A stretch of 64,000 nt of DNA, taken from the NCBI GenBank assembly GCA_013265495.1, contig MU058213.1:4588001-4652000 (forward strand), in the 5' to 3' direction. Origin of the DNA: Vicugna vicugna. Lineage: Eukaryota. The notes under the pieces were generated by a model. The model saw nothing but the letters and a program-made list of their open reading frames with translations. It ran no database searches and was not told the DNA's origin. The translations under genes and the position numbers were made by a program. This document shows positions 24,370-37,689 of this stretch, in pieces. Within the stretch, counting starts at the first letter, position 1. Each line of letters opens with the position of its first letter.

Positions 24370-26400
24370 CTTTCTACATCTCCACTGAAAGGAATAAAAA
24401 TGGCATCAACCCATAAGAACAATTGGGAAAGAAGACAGTAACAGATGTGAGAGCAAAAATGTATGTAAGAGCAAACGTGGAATAGTGGTAGCTGACTTAT
24501 CTCGGCAGAAGAAATTAAGTGGAGCAGGAAGGAATACCAACAAGAAGCAGAACATTTTGCCTCATGGGGCCCCTAGCTCCTGAAAAAGGCACTGCTCTTT
24601 GGAGGTACTAATTATTGGGGAAGGGAGAATTCAGGCATCAGACCTCAAAAAAAAGATTCATTGAAGGTTTGCTATGGAAGGTTTGATCCGTTTCCTCTCT
24701 ATTTCTTATTGCTTCTGCCCTCTCTTCCCTTCCACCATAGACAGGAGAATTATTTTCTGCAGAAAAAAATGAAATCAGAAAGGCTGCCAATCTGGAACAC
24801 CAGGAAGAACAGAGAATGGGTGAAGCATGAGGCTGAACAATGGGACTCAACCCTGTGTCCTGCTTTGCTTCCCTAGTGCTGGCAGCAAAGTATACTACCC
24901 CTATCCTCAAGGAAACTGGGTAATTCTTTTCTAGAGAAACTAAATACTCTAAAGACCTCCAGGTTTAGAAATTCCTGAGCAATAACATCTCACTTTTGGA
25001 TTACCATAGAGTAAAACCTACCAGTTGGTGTCTTTTAATATGAAAAGACAACCAAAGATTTAAGAAAAGCCACCATGAAAAAGGGACATTGAGATCAAAT
25101 CAAACAAAATTGAAACTCAAAAGAAAACAGAAACATGCGAAAAGCATTAGGAAAAATCGATAAGATGGCTGATAAAGCTGAGAAAAATCTCATAGAAAGT
25201 AGAACGCAAAGAGATGAGAAGCAGGAAAGAAGAACTAATAAAGTTAGAGAAGATTCATCTAAAAGTCCAACATCTGACCAATAGGATTTGTAGAATAAAA
25301 GCAGAAAGGAGAGAAGAAGATTATTGTGGCAATAGTACAGGAAATTTGCCAGTACTGAAGAATACATGTCTCAAGATTGGTAAAAATCTAATCTTGTGCT
25401 AAGAATGATGATTTTTAAAGTGACCTGAAGCAAAAATACATCATCGTGAGGGGGTGTATAGCTCAGTGGTAGAGCACGTGCTTAGCATGCGCAAGGTCCT
25501 GGGTTCAATTCTCAGTACCTCCATTAAAAAATAAATAAAAACTCAATTACAAACAAATCAAAAATAAAGTACATCATCATGATACTTAAGAGCATCAGGA
25601 TTAAAAAGAATATCATAAAGCTTTTAGAGACAAAATTTAAGTAGCTCAGAGACAAAGGAACAAACAAGTCAAAATACCATCAGAATTCTGAATAAGCAGT
25701 ACTGGATTCCAGGAGATATTGGAACAATACCTTCAAAAATCTGAGGATAAATCATTTTCAACCTAGTATTCTGTATTTAGCCAAGCCATTAACCAAAATG
25801 TGAAAGTAGAATAAAGATATTTTAGATATGCAGAGACTTTAAAATTTTACCTCCCATGTACACCAAATGAAAGTGTTTAGAACATATGCTTGGGCCAAAT
25901 AAGGGCATAATCAACAAAGACAAAGTTCTGGGAAACAAAGGACACAAGAACAGCAAAAGAAAATCCCATAACAGGAACTACTAGGCCTAGAAAAGAATCA
26001 GTCCACATTGAAAACAGAAGGCTATTAGCTGCAGAAGAAAGGTTTCCAGAGGAAAAATATTGAATTAATAGATAATATGATAATGTGTTTGAGATTTTAG
26101 GAAGAAATGTTGAGAGGCATTTGTTAGATCTTTTAGACCATTGTGGGGGGAATGAAAAGTTAGCATTACTAACAAATGAAAGCAAGGCAACTATTAACTA
26201 TAGGAAAAACAAATAGTCATATGAAAAAGGAAACCATCAATATGAAATTCTTGACTTGAAGGTGTGGCTACATAGATATAATTTTAGGAAGTAACTATTG
26301 AGTTAGCTAAAAATTGTGCCATCAACATGTTAAGAAGATGGTATTATAAGAGAGGCAAGTTCTCAGCCACATATCAGAGGTCAGTAGATATGTGGGAAAG
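24370..26400 (+). mobile_element. Degenerate L1 ORF1-like / HAL1-type element, interrupted by a SINE
   Basis: A-rich stretch with ORF1 C-terminal-like DNA (aataccttcaaaaatctgagg...tttcaacctagtattctgtat..agccaag) and no ORF2 following. Boundaries approximate. Confidence 0.55.
25450..25569 (+). mobile_element. tRNA-derived SINE (camelid Vic-1-like)
   Basis: GGGGGTGTATAGCTCAGTGGTAGAGCACGTGCTTAGCATGCGCAAGGTCCTGGGTTCAATTC plus A-rich tail. TSD TACATCATCgTGA (25437-25449) / TACATCATCaTGA (25570-25582). Confidence 0.9.
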
Positions 26401-26561
26401 ATAATCACTTCTCATTCCTTGCAGGTAATGTCTGACTTCTTAACCTCTGTATCAGTCCTTCTTGGCTACTTAACATATTTGCCATGGGCTGCTCACACAT
26501 ACCAGGGAATATGAAGCAACAGCACTAGTTTTTGCTTTTTGGGGATCAAAGCTTACTTTAC

Positions 26562-26721
26562 TTTTTTTAAATATGTTTTTATTGAAGTATACAATCAGTT
26601 TACAATGTCGTGTCAGTTTCTGGTGTACAGCACAATCCTTCAGTCACATAGGAACATACATACATTCTTTCTCATACTCTTCTTCACCATAGGTTATAAG
26701 ATACTGAATATGGTTCCCTGT
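26562..26721 (-). mobile_element. 5'-truncated LINE-1 3' end, same family as 16348-16481
   Basis: Reverse complement of the same L1 tail (tttctggtgtacagcacaat). TSD TCAAAGCTtACTTTAC (26546-26561) / TCAAAGCTcACTTTAC (26722-26737). Confidence 0.85.
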
Positions 26722-28458
26722 TCAAAGCTCACTTTACATTTCCGAGAACTTACTGTAGTATTCTCTTGGTTCTTCCAGTCCTGAGTATTGTCTCACTCAC
26801 TGTAGGACTCTGTAAAATCTTGCCTAACTTGAGTTTTTGGTTCTGGTCCTTTCCAACTATTTTGATCATGCCTCCTAGATCCTAGTGTGACAGAGTCATA
26901 GTTAGCTAAGAGTAATGTTCCATTACAAGAGAAATATTTCAGTTAGAAAATACTCATATCTCACTTCCTCCTCTTTAGATTTTATGTATTAATGTATGCC
27001 CTCTTTTCAGTCTCTCTGGTCACTACATGAGACTGTTGCCTACACAGTGAAGGGGACATGACGCCTAATGAAAGACAAACTTCTCATATATTAGAGGTGC
27101 ACAATTACTGGTTAAGAGAGCAGCTCCTAATATTTTTACATAATGATACTGATTTTTCCTGCTAGTTATCCTAATAAATTAAGTAAGAATGTACCTCTCT
27201 TCCTTCATTGCCTCCCCAGAGTTGTATGGGCTTCATGTCTTTTCCTAAACACAGAGGCTTGGGGAATAAGGACTCTGAAATGCAGTGTAATCGTGTGTGA
27301 GTAATAGTCAGTAGAGGCGGCTGGGTTCACCAAAACAAAGTCTTCTGTCTACTTTTTTTAAACTCAGAAGTGAACTATAAATGTGTATTAAGATATATTC
27401 ATTCAAGTGTTTCTACTTTCCCTGAAAGAGGAAATACATTTAAGGAAAAAAAAATGCTCAACTATGTTGCGTTCAGCTGGGCCATCATTTCAAGAAAATC
27501 TAACATGTAAAAAAATCATAACTTCTACAAAATATTGTTTTCATTGCAAGCTAATTTTAAGTGACCTTTTTTATATTATAACCATTGGGGCTTTTTTAAT
27601 CAGTTTATAAAAGTAAGTGTAACAACTTTTAACTTATACTTATGTTATAATCAGAAACAAAAAACTACACCAGGAGCTGTCATGGATTAAATATGTTGTA
27701 CTTAAAACTCACTTAAAGAAATTATACTAGGAACCGCAGTTCCTGAGTAGATTTTGATCCAGTGGGTCTTCAGTTCAGTGGATTTTCTTTACCTTTATTT
27801 CATATGGTAATACCCCACACTTTAAACTCACATCAAAAGTTCCATTCAGTCTTCTCAGTCTTCTCTACTATCTTATATACAAAGCAGGAAAGGTTTTTAT
27901 TACCTCTCAGTCACACCTCCAACTGTAGGAAGGACATCTCAGTCATCTCGTTCTACATATGTGTCAAAGGAGGGAAGCAGGATGGGCACCAGCTCCCTCT
28001 CTTCCTGAAGGAGTTGGCACATTTCCTATGGAGGGATGGCTGAGGGTATCTCTTACTATTTTCTGAACTGGTAACATTGTGGGTAAAGCACAGATGTCTC
28101 TCTGCAGGTACACAGAGAATGTCAGCATTCCCGACAGTTCAAGGTGCCATGTCTTAGCAGGACACTGAAGAGATTTGGTGAACTAGTAACAGGACTTGCC
28201 TAAATATTTCGATGAAGCAGTAAAAGAACTACTTTTAGATGCTGATTTAGATCAAGTCATATCCTCGAAGACTAAATCATAAGAAAACACAAAATGGTCA
28301 GGACGAAGTGTAAGTTTTAGGGTTCATTTAGCACATCATCGTTGCCTCTATGTGATGTTCAGAATGCGAATGAAGTTACCCAGAGACTGATAACCCCACA
28401 GAAAGGAAAAATAACAGCAATTTGTTCAGCTTAAGACCCAACAGTCTGTGATTCATGA

Positions 28459-28641
<183 letters not shown>

Positions 28642-31481
28642 ACATCAGCCAGGTGAGTATGGGTACAAAAAGAAAGTACCTGATTCATCTTAAACTGAGT
28701 TAGAACCTTTGAACAGAATTATCTGGTGGTATTGCTCATGGTCAAGATCACATGTAATTTGCAATCCCAGTGGTTTACCTTTCTGTTACATAATCATACT
28801 CAGAGAGCCAGTGTCATTTTATACAAATTACTGTTGCCTTCAGTGTGAGATAGTATCCTTTGATTTGTAAAGAATTTGGGGTTCTCCTGTACTGGATCAT
28901 CATGTGTACTCTTGCACATGAATATAATTCTCACCCAAGAAGAAAACAGTGCCACTAGTGACTCATCTATCAAAAAATACTTTTGCTTCCACTCATGCTC
29001 CTCCTCCTTCTGCTCAGAAATACTTGGCTGTATCATCAACCACTTTTCTGTAACCGTCTGTCTCTTCTTTGTCATGGATCTTTATATACAAAAGAGTTAC
29101 TGCTTGCTTCCATTTGGGTCACTAATGTAAGTTTGTAATATACATGTTCCTTCTCCTATTAAAGAATGTACAGGTGTTGTACATGATAGAACCAGAATGC
29201 CCTTCTTTCGGGAATTTTACTTGTTGAAACACTGTTCTTTTTACTTTCCTCTTCATGTACTAAACACAGTTTGCTTCTTTGTTATTTTTTTTAACAAAGT
29301 GAGAACAGCTCACTTTGAGGTTGTTGCCCAAGTGGTTAGATAATATGAATTGTCTTTTTCTTAACTATAGGTATTCACATTATCTGTAAGCTGTAAAACT
29401 AGTATTTAGGTGACAGAAAGTAATATAGACTAATACAATATCTGGGTGAGTAACAAAATAGAGCTGCAAGCATGGATTAGGAATAGAACTGGTGACTTCA
29501 TTTTTATTATCTGCCTTCAGCATGTATAGTTCTTTTCTTAGTTTCATCAGCAGAGAAAAAGCAGCAAATAAAGGTAAATGGATGGAAGTTTTGGAGCAGG
29601 AAAAAGTATCATTTTGTCATCTTTGTGGCTGTCTCATTTTAAGCTGAAAGTTTGGAATTTGATAGGATATTATGTAAACTACAGACATCAATCAGTAACT
29701 CACTTTTTCCTGAAGAAATTGATTCCTGCCACCTCTTCATATTATCCTTCCTAGGATCAAGAAGACCAAAACTGAAGGTTTTATTTGGGGACGAAAGGAG
29801 GAGGTGTTGATGTAATTATTTAAGTGTCAATTCTAGTTCTAATACTAACACACGGAGAAAACTCTAAATCACCTCTCCCACAGCAGACAAAAAACCAGCA
29901 GTATAACAAACTGTATGTCAAAGGGACTTTAGGCAAGAAAGAGCTAGTTAAATTATAGGTCCTCTAAAACTCAAGCCATTGTTTCATACTGTGTGGGAAC
30001 AATGGATATAATGAAATAATATTTTTATTCAAAAATAAACTTTGAAGTTTTTGAAATAAAAATAAGCCAGTGTTTCTCAATGTGAAAGTGACTTTCTGAG
30101 TATGTAGAGGAGACTTCCTGTGCTCGGGTCCCCCGTAACCACCAGGCTGTGAGACGAGCGCTTTCCATTCAGCTGGCACGTGACCTCAGAGCCTGGCTTT
30201 TCTCTCTCTCTGGTTTGTTGTGCCCGTTTTCCTTTATTCTCTTTCCAGTCTCTCTCTCGCTCTGCCTCCTTCGGCTCCCTCTCCCTGCCTCACATCTCTC
30301 TTCAGCCTTTCTGTTCGCTTCCTGTTCTTTCACTGCTTCTGTATCTCATATTGCTTTCATCACGCTACCCTTATCTCTGTAATGAGGAAATTCCCTCACT
30401 TTAGGTTAAAATTAAACTGTGAGCATTCTCACCCATCTAAAAGACATCAAGAATCTTTTTTTTTAAGGGGTTGGGGGTTTCCAAGTTTATAAGAAATGTA
30501 GTAAACGCACTTGCTTCATAAGATTTCATAGGCTAGTTATTATTACCTCAAAATATGTCTTAAAGACTGCTTGTTTCAAAGGTGGTTATCTGGTTTCACC
30601 TGATAACCTTCAATTCTTTATAGAACTGATTAGCAGATTAATACCAGCAAGCAATTGGGCAGCAGGAAATGACTACTAGAATCAAAATGGATGATAAATG
30701 GCCACAGAATGACTACAAAAGCACAAGAATTTGCCACCACATAGCGTAAGGCCAAGTAGCTTTGAATGTCTCAGTTCTCCATCTCCAAGAGCAGAACTGT
30801 ACCATGGTCCTTGTTTAATAAGGAAGTGAAAGGTGTGGTTCTTCCTAAAACTATTTCCATCCAAAATGGCTGAAATGGGGAATTTCAGGACTACTACTAT
30901 GGATGTTATATTAAGAATATAAATATAAAATTTGTACTAATAAAGTTTTCTTAATAAATGCATTGAATAAACATTTATTGAAGACCTACCTGTAATGCAC
31001 CAGGAACTGGGGCCATTGTCCAGATGAGTACAAAATGGTCCCTGCCCTCATAAACTTTCAGTTTAAAGAAGGTGGATGTAAACAAGTAACAGTACAGGGG
31101 ACTGGATGTAGCAGTAAATATGCTTTAGCGTTGTCTCTCCACCAGATGAGTAGAACCTCAGAGCTCAGGGTTTTTTTGCCAACTTGAATGTTGCCAAAAT
31201 GAAGGTTTGCATAATTGCCACAGCTGTTGTATAATCCTTTGTCTTGTGATTCTATAATTACAGGATTTTTTTAAATCTTCCCACATACATCAAGTAAAAA
31301 CCATTTGAGTTACACCTCAAAAGAAAAAACCTCATTTATAAGTCATGTAGCAGACTGCTAATTCAGTGAAAACCTGGGGATAAGTGAGGAATACCAGCTT
31401 GTTCTGTTTTGTTTCTGGGGAGGTGTGTAACAGTGATGTCCTAATTGGTTCTGTTCTCTCCCCTGGCTCTCCCTGCCGCAG

Positions 31482-33835
31482 TTCCAGAGTTATCAGTAGG
31501 CTAGATAGAAGGTGACCTCTCCTCATAAGGACTTGGACAACTCAGATTATCTGAAGACACAAACCTGATAGGAGGGAGAAGAAAAAACAGAACATCTGAA
31601 GCAAGAAACGCAAATGTAATCCTGCGATCAAAGCAACTGGTCAACACTTCCATCCGAAGTGAAGATAGGAAGCTCATCAGATAGAACGTCAGCCCACGAG
31701 ATGTTTGCAACGGATCATTTTGTTGTGAGCAGTGTGTCGCTTCTGCACAATCAGAGACTGTCTCGATCTCTCCACTCACCGTGGAAGTTGCCTTGTGCCT
31801 AAACTGAATTGACAAATGCATTGTAACTACAAATTTTATTTATTGTTATGGAACTGTAAGGTCTACATATAAAGGGAAAAAGTTAATGTGGAAAAGCTGA
31901 TCTACACTCAGCTGATGCCAGCGTTCGTTAAAGCTGTTCACGTGCAGAGAACAAAGCAGTGACAACCATTGGCCCTTAGCATTCCCGGCATACCTATTAG
32001 TGTCTTAAAAAGGAAGGGAAAAGTCTTTTGTTGCCCTCTCCTATCCTTTTGCCATATGAATAGTGTTTTCCATGAAATAGGAAAATATTACTTGGTATAG
32101 CATTTCTCTCGCTCTCATTTTTTTCATTCATTTTTATTTTTCCTTTGTGGGTGTTGTATTTGGTCTCTGAATCAGAATAGTTCATGGTCACAGTCCAGAA
32201 TCCTCCACGTAGCCCTCTGTGCTTTGCGTATTTATCTTACAGTGATAAGCAGAGACCATCTGTGACCATAGCCTAGCTAAGATTTTAAAAGGGGGAACTT
32301 TGTCCCCTAGATTTTCCCCCAAATAAACATTGCTTTATTTCTAATAATCAAGACTTTTCAAGCTTCTAGGTTTCATAGTAAAGCTTGTAATAGCAAGAAG
32401 TGTAAATTACAAGGAAAGAATTTACTTTTTAGAAATTGCTTTGTTTTCCAAGCAGTAAGTACTACATAATAGTACTTGTAAAGTGTTAGCTGTAAGTAAG
32501 CACAAAACGGATTTAAAATACAAAAGATTTTCAGGCCGTGATTATGTTGAACATAACCACCCGGTAGTCACCAAGGCAGGTAGTGTGATAAATGAACACA
32601 CCACTCTGAGGCTAATTACCTAATGGAATACAAGAGCAGTGGTCACCTGTGTTTCCTTATTCTAGCCTTTCTTTCTCTGTCATTTGGATGGCTAGTCAGT
32701 GGGAGGAATTCAGTGGGTGAAGTCATCAACTGCAGACCATCTGCCCCGTCCCAAGAAGACGAGCCAGATTAGCATTAAACCAGTCCTTGTCAGTCCATCT
32801 TAATACTGTGCATTAAGGCACCCCTCTGTCTCTCATCCTTAAGAGTTGTTTTTTTAAGACATCATAATCACTTCGAACTTCCATGAAACCTGTCTTCCGC
32901 CACAACAACCCTGGGAGAGAAAACCATGCTAAACACGGTTGTCTTGGCTTAATAATTCCTTGTAGCCAATATTAACAATGGCAATCAGCACACAGAAGAA
33001 AGGACCCAAATCACTATGTAACTTAAAGATTTCTGTTAATTTGAAAGAACAAAAACAATGAAGACAGAACTTCAGATCCTCCAATCAGGATGATTCCTAG
33101 CAAATCAGTCTTTTGTGAACTTAGTGGACTTTTTGGTTACTTTAATTTGCCTCTATTCTCCAGTTACAGCAGACTCTATCTGTGGCCTTGTTCTTCATTT
33201 CAGTGTTAATCAGCTAAACAGAAGTCGTTGCTTATGATGTGTGAGTGAACATATGCCACTGCCTGGCCTTTTTTCTTCGGAGCTTGTTGTCTTTTTCGCT
33301 ATATTAGACTTTGCAGTATGCCCAGAAGCTTTCCTTCATAAAATAGAAAGAAAAAAACATTTGGCTTATTTTTCACAGTAGCTAGTCTTTTATACAATAA
33401 TCTTGTAAGAAAATTTCTTGAATTCTAAATATTACTCTTTCTAGATTTTTGAAATCGAAAAGTTTTCAGTAAAAAGTTTCTTACTTTATTTTATTATATT
33501 AGGTAGTAAAAATGTAGGGTTATTTACCATAACCTGTTCATTAATATCAGAAATTTACAATAGCATTTTAAGACCATAGTAGGATTCTAGCATACCGTGT
33601 AGTACCTATGGAGTATTGTAAGAGCTAATTGTCCGAGATGAATTGCTTCTCATCTTGTTCTCCAGTTTCCATTGTTGGTTTATTGCAGATTTGTATCCTG
33701 TGTCAAATTCAAGGTATTATTGATAAACCTTTTCAACCAGCAGCAAGAAGTTCAAAATTTTTTCTGTCACTGTAACAGAAAACACAATATGTATATAACA
33801 TTTATGTAGCAATAAATGTGCCATCTTTTTTTTTA
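31482..33835 (+). other. TCF12: TCF12 terminal non-coding exon (3' UTR), about exon 21
   Basis: Pyrimidine tract plus gccgcAG acceptor at 31480-31481. The spliced junction ...TAAACATCAGCCAG|TTCCAGAGTTATCAG matches my recall of the TCF12 3' UTR. No repeats recognised up to AATAAA at 33811. The 3' end is approximate. Confidence 0.85.
33811..33816 (+). terminator. Polyadenylation signal AATAAA, main TCF12 site (other AATAAA hexamers at 32322-32327 and 34811-34816)
   Basis: AATAAA preceded by several TGTA (CFIm-type) motifs at 33771, 33790 and 33805, and followed by T-rich and GT-rich sequence. Repeats begin ~130 nt downstream. Confidence 0.8.
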
Positions 33836-33944
33836 ACATAGTAAATTAGTGAGTTTTTTACATTCCTCTCTCAAACAATAATGCATTTTGATTTTCCTTC
33901 CTCCATCTCATTCCTGCCAGAAATGCCCACACTGCTCTGCTTTC

Positions 33945-34120
33945 TTTTCCCCCAGCTTTGTTGAGATAGAATTGACATATAATATTGTGTATGTGTATGG
34001 TGTACAGTGCAATGACTTGATATATGTACTGCAGAGCAATTACCACAGTAAGGTTAGTTAAAAAATCCATCACCCCATGTATTCACTTTTTTGCGCGTGT
34101 GGTGAGGATTTTTAGGGCCC
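33945..34120 (-). mobile_element. LINE-1 (L1MA-type) 3' fragment just downstream of the poly(A) site
   Basis: cagctttgttgagatagaattgacatataatattgtg...ggtgtacagtgcaatga is an antisense L1 tail. Confidence 0.7.
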
Positions 34121-35199
34121 ACTCTGCTTCCCGTATGTGTGGGGTCGATGACATCATCTGGGGAGGCCGTCAGGGCAGAATCAGGCTTGTAGCACTCGGT
34201 TGATAATCTTGTCTATAACTTGTCTGGGTTGTGTATTTCTCTTCTTGCCCTCTCTGCTGATAGTGGCCTTTTATCCCTTTCCCAAGAGTTAACCAAACAG
34301 TGATTAGTAGTTAAAATCTACTTATTTGTCGATCTGGAGAAAAACGAAGATGGAAAGACTCAAATGAGGATTTTCAAATTAACATTCTTTGAAGTACTTT
34401 CACGTGTTTTATGTCCCTTCTCTCACAGAATCCTTTGTCATAATTACGAAATGGTACTGTTTACTGTTTTCAGATTAAAAGTTCTGCTTCTATCCCTGTT
34501 TTCACATAACACCCCCACTCACCCTCCACCACCAAAAATACGCGTAGTGATTATCCATGAGGACTTAGTGCCAGGCACGAGCCTAAGACAAACAGCGGGC
34601 AAACTCTTGGACAAACCTTCAGAGGGTCTGGGTATGAGATACCCAAGATCATCATCACAGCCTCTTGGATCCTAGCAAATTGCTTCTCTTGATGCATTAT
34701 GAAATCCTCTGTTCACATTATGGAGGCCTGACAGATCATTTTACTCCTTGTGGGATTTGGTGAAAACAAACAATTCAGTTTGATTTCTCTTTATACAAAA
34801 TGATAAACTAAATAAAAGTCTACATCTAAGAAGAAAATACAGAATGTTAGAGCTGAAGTAAAATCTCATCAACTGCATTATCTATAGATCTATAAAAACT
34901 GAGGCCCAGAGAGGTTGCACGTCTCCAAAAGCACATAGCTCGTAATCAAGCTCATAGATCAAGACACTTTAAACTTGTCCTGCAAAAACTCCTTAGCTTT
35001 ACTTTCTCTTTTGTGTTTTGCAGATTTTTAGTCCAGTTCTATTCAGTAGCTTCAGTTTTTTTTTCTCTCTACATTTTTTCTTTCATTTTTCTCTCCTCTA
35101 ATTCATTTTTTTCTCTTCCATAGAAACTCAGAATTTAAATATACATCACACTGTGTGCGTGCGTATGTGCATCCACATGTGTGTGTATGTGTGTTAAAG

Positions 35200-35370
35200 G
35201 TTAAAGAGTATTAGCTTTGGCATCAAACAGTCCTTGATTCAAGTCCAGGCTCAACACCCAGTTCCTTATCTGAAAAATGGAGACATGTATTAGAATTGTG
35301 TAAGTATTGAATGAAACAATGTATGGAAAGCTCTTACCACAGTTCCTGTCACATAAGTATTCAATAAATA
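35200..35370 (+). mobile_element. MIR fragment
   Basis: gctttggcatcaaacag..gattcaagtcc..cagttccttatctgaaaaatggag..taagtattcaataaat. Further MIR-like pieces at ~45450-45610, ~53980-54090 and ~59900-60010. Confidence 0.6.
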
Positions 35371-35629
35371 ATAAGTATTTTTAAATAAATAGTAGCTTTC
35401 CTTATAACCAGCTCCCAAGAGGATTCCTCTCCAGCCATCCTGGTGAGAGGTAAGTGGTTATAAAACAAACCCTAAGAAGATGTAAGCCCATCTTTGCTGG
35501 CGTCTACAGTCTTTGGGGGCAATCCAGTGAAACATTTTCAGTGCCCCTCTATGCCTACAATTTCAGAGGACTTTTTTTAAAAACCTTCACATCAAAAGAG
35601 CGAGCCAGTAGGCTTTTTTCCCAGTCACA

Positions 35630-36070
35630 CTGTATTGGTTGGCAGCTCTGTCAGTTTGGATCCTCAGGAAGCAGGTAGCAAGATGGAGTTGGAAATGCAA
35701 GGGATCTACTGGAGGGTAGTACGTGTGGGAAACAAGAGAAAGGAGTCTGGAGTAATAAGGGCCCTCAGACTAGGATGCAGGAGGAGAAGGAAGTAGAATT
35801 ATGTAGGAAGAACCTCAGGCTGCCTGTAGCTCTGGAGAAAGTATTGGGCAAGTCCACTGAGGTCCAAAGAGATTGCCTATGGATGACTCTTGTGTTGGAC
35901 AGAAATGGTAAGGGACCAGTGTCCCTGTGTCAGGCAGTCACCTCGAGTTACCTGGGGGGACAGGCCTCAGTTTGCACACTACAAAGGTGCTACACCTGAA
36001 GACTGACAGCTAACTGCCCTCCCCTGACAGCTCATCCCTTGTAGGGAGACCTCAGAGGCGCACCCCCATG
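35630..36070. mobile_element. ERVL LTR (LTR16-like) remnant
   Basis: Recalled blocks ggatcctcaggaagcag...ggagttggaaatgcaag...aggaagaacctcaggctgc...gattgcct. Confidence 0.5.
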
Positions 36071-37689
36071 GTTCGCACCTCACTGCTGCTGCCTACAGAC
36101 TGGCAGAGCACAACCAAGGGGTCTTCTGCTGTCACTGGGGCTGTGGCTGACCTCAACAGGCTGATCAGAATTTCAAAAACTGCAGTTCTTTCTCCTCTGG
36201 CATTCTGCGGTCAAGGAAACCTACACACATTATCAAAAAGGACGAATCCCACTGCTCCTCTGTCTTCATGGGCTGTGATGTGGGCTGGTACAACCGGTCC
36301 AAGTCCCTAAAGTTGCTGTGTTTAGTGTTCTGCTCTTCTTCACCAGACAGTGTGATGGGCCCTGCCTTCAGGGTCGGTGGACAGTCCACAGGGTTTGGAC
36401 AGCCACGATGTCCTCATTGTTCTCAGGTGTGTCCCTGTGCTGCCCCTGGCCCAGGAGCTCTTACCTCTGCCCTATACTTAAGGCATGTTCACAAGAGTAG
36501 AAATATTTTTCTTTGTCTTCTTTTTCTTTCCCTCTTTACTCAATTATCCCAGAAGACAACCTTAAGGGGATTTTCTATTCCCTTTGGCTCTAGACCTCCA
36601 GTCTCCTTCCAGAACTGACGTGGGGCCCTGCTGCATGCTGCCAGCTTCTTTCTCACTCCTGAGGGTGGGCACCCCACTAGACAGGGTGCCTGGCTGTAGT
36701 GTCTTAGGCTCTCCAGGCCATTTTATCCTTGGGTGCAACGCCCAAGGCCTCCAAGCCTGTCAAAGCTGGAGAAAACATCTGCAATCTGTAAAAATATCGT
36801 GCCAGAAGATTTTTTTTTAACTGCAAAAATGAAATTAATTTCAAAAACAATTACAAAAATCATTTCAAATTTTTATAGCAAAATCATTGTTTAGTATGGG
36901 ATTTGAGCTCATTTTAATAAATTTGATATGATCCAAAGGCTTTAATTTAAAGACATTACAAAGGTCTAACATCCTGGTCTCCTTGAACTCCACAGCCTCT
37001 TTCTGATGGTTTTCTTCTCTGCTTTCTTGATAGTCTCCTTGGGAAGTAGCACTGGTGTCTTCCCCTCTGGAGGTGAGGACCATCGGTGTATCACTGAAGA
37101 TCTGCCTAAGGCCACAAGGACCCGCAGGGAGAGCACAGATGTTTTAGAAACTCTCAACAGACCACCTTCCCCCTGCTTCAGGGTGAGGTCTTCCCTCCTC
37201 TGTCCCTTGAAACCCCGTGAGATTTTTTTTGCTTTGCTTTCTCCCATTTCTCTGGCCTTCGTCAGCCCCTTCCTACAAGCCCGAGTCTTTTCTCCTGGAG
37301 AGCTGATGCTTCTTGGGCCCAGCTGGTTGCCCAGCCCAGGGCAGGGCCTCTGGTCAGCCAGCAGGAGGGACCCCTTGTCCTGAAATACACCCAGCCATCA
37401 GTGGTGACAGATTTTCTCTGCCGTCTCGATACTCCCAGCGACCACCCTCGCAGCTCAGGGAAGATGGTTAATGTTCCAAAGCAGCACGGTGCTGAGGCTC
37501 CGTGGGGCCCTGGGCCCTGGGCCGTCCTGTCTGCAGGGCCACCTCACACGCTGGCTCCAGCTGCGGGAGCGTCTCCTGACACCACACCCCTCATTCCAGG
37601 CCGCCCCCAGGCCGTCCGCCTCACCCTCATTAAGGCCTGTGCTGAAAGGAGCAGGGCTGTTTTTCAGACTCTTTCAGCAGTGAGTTACT

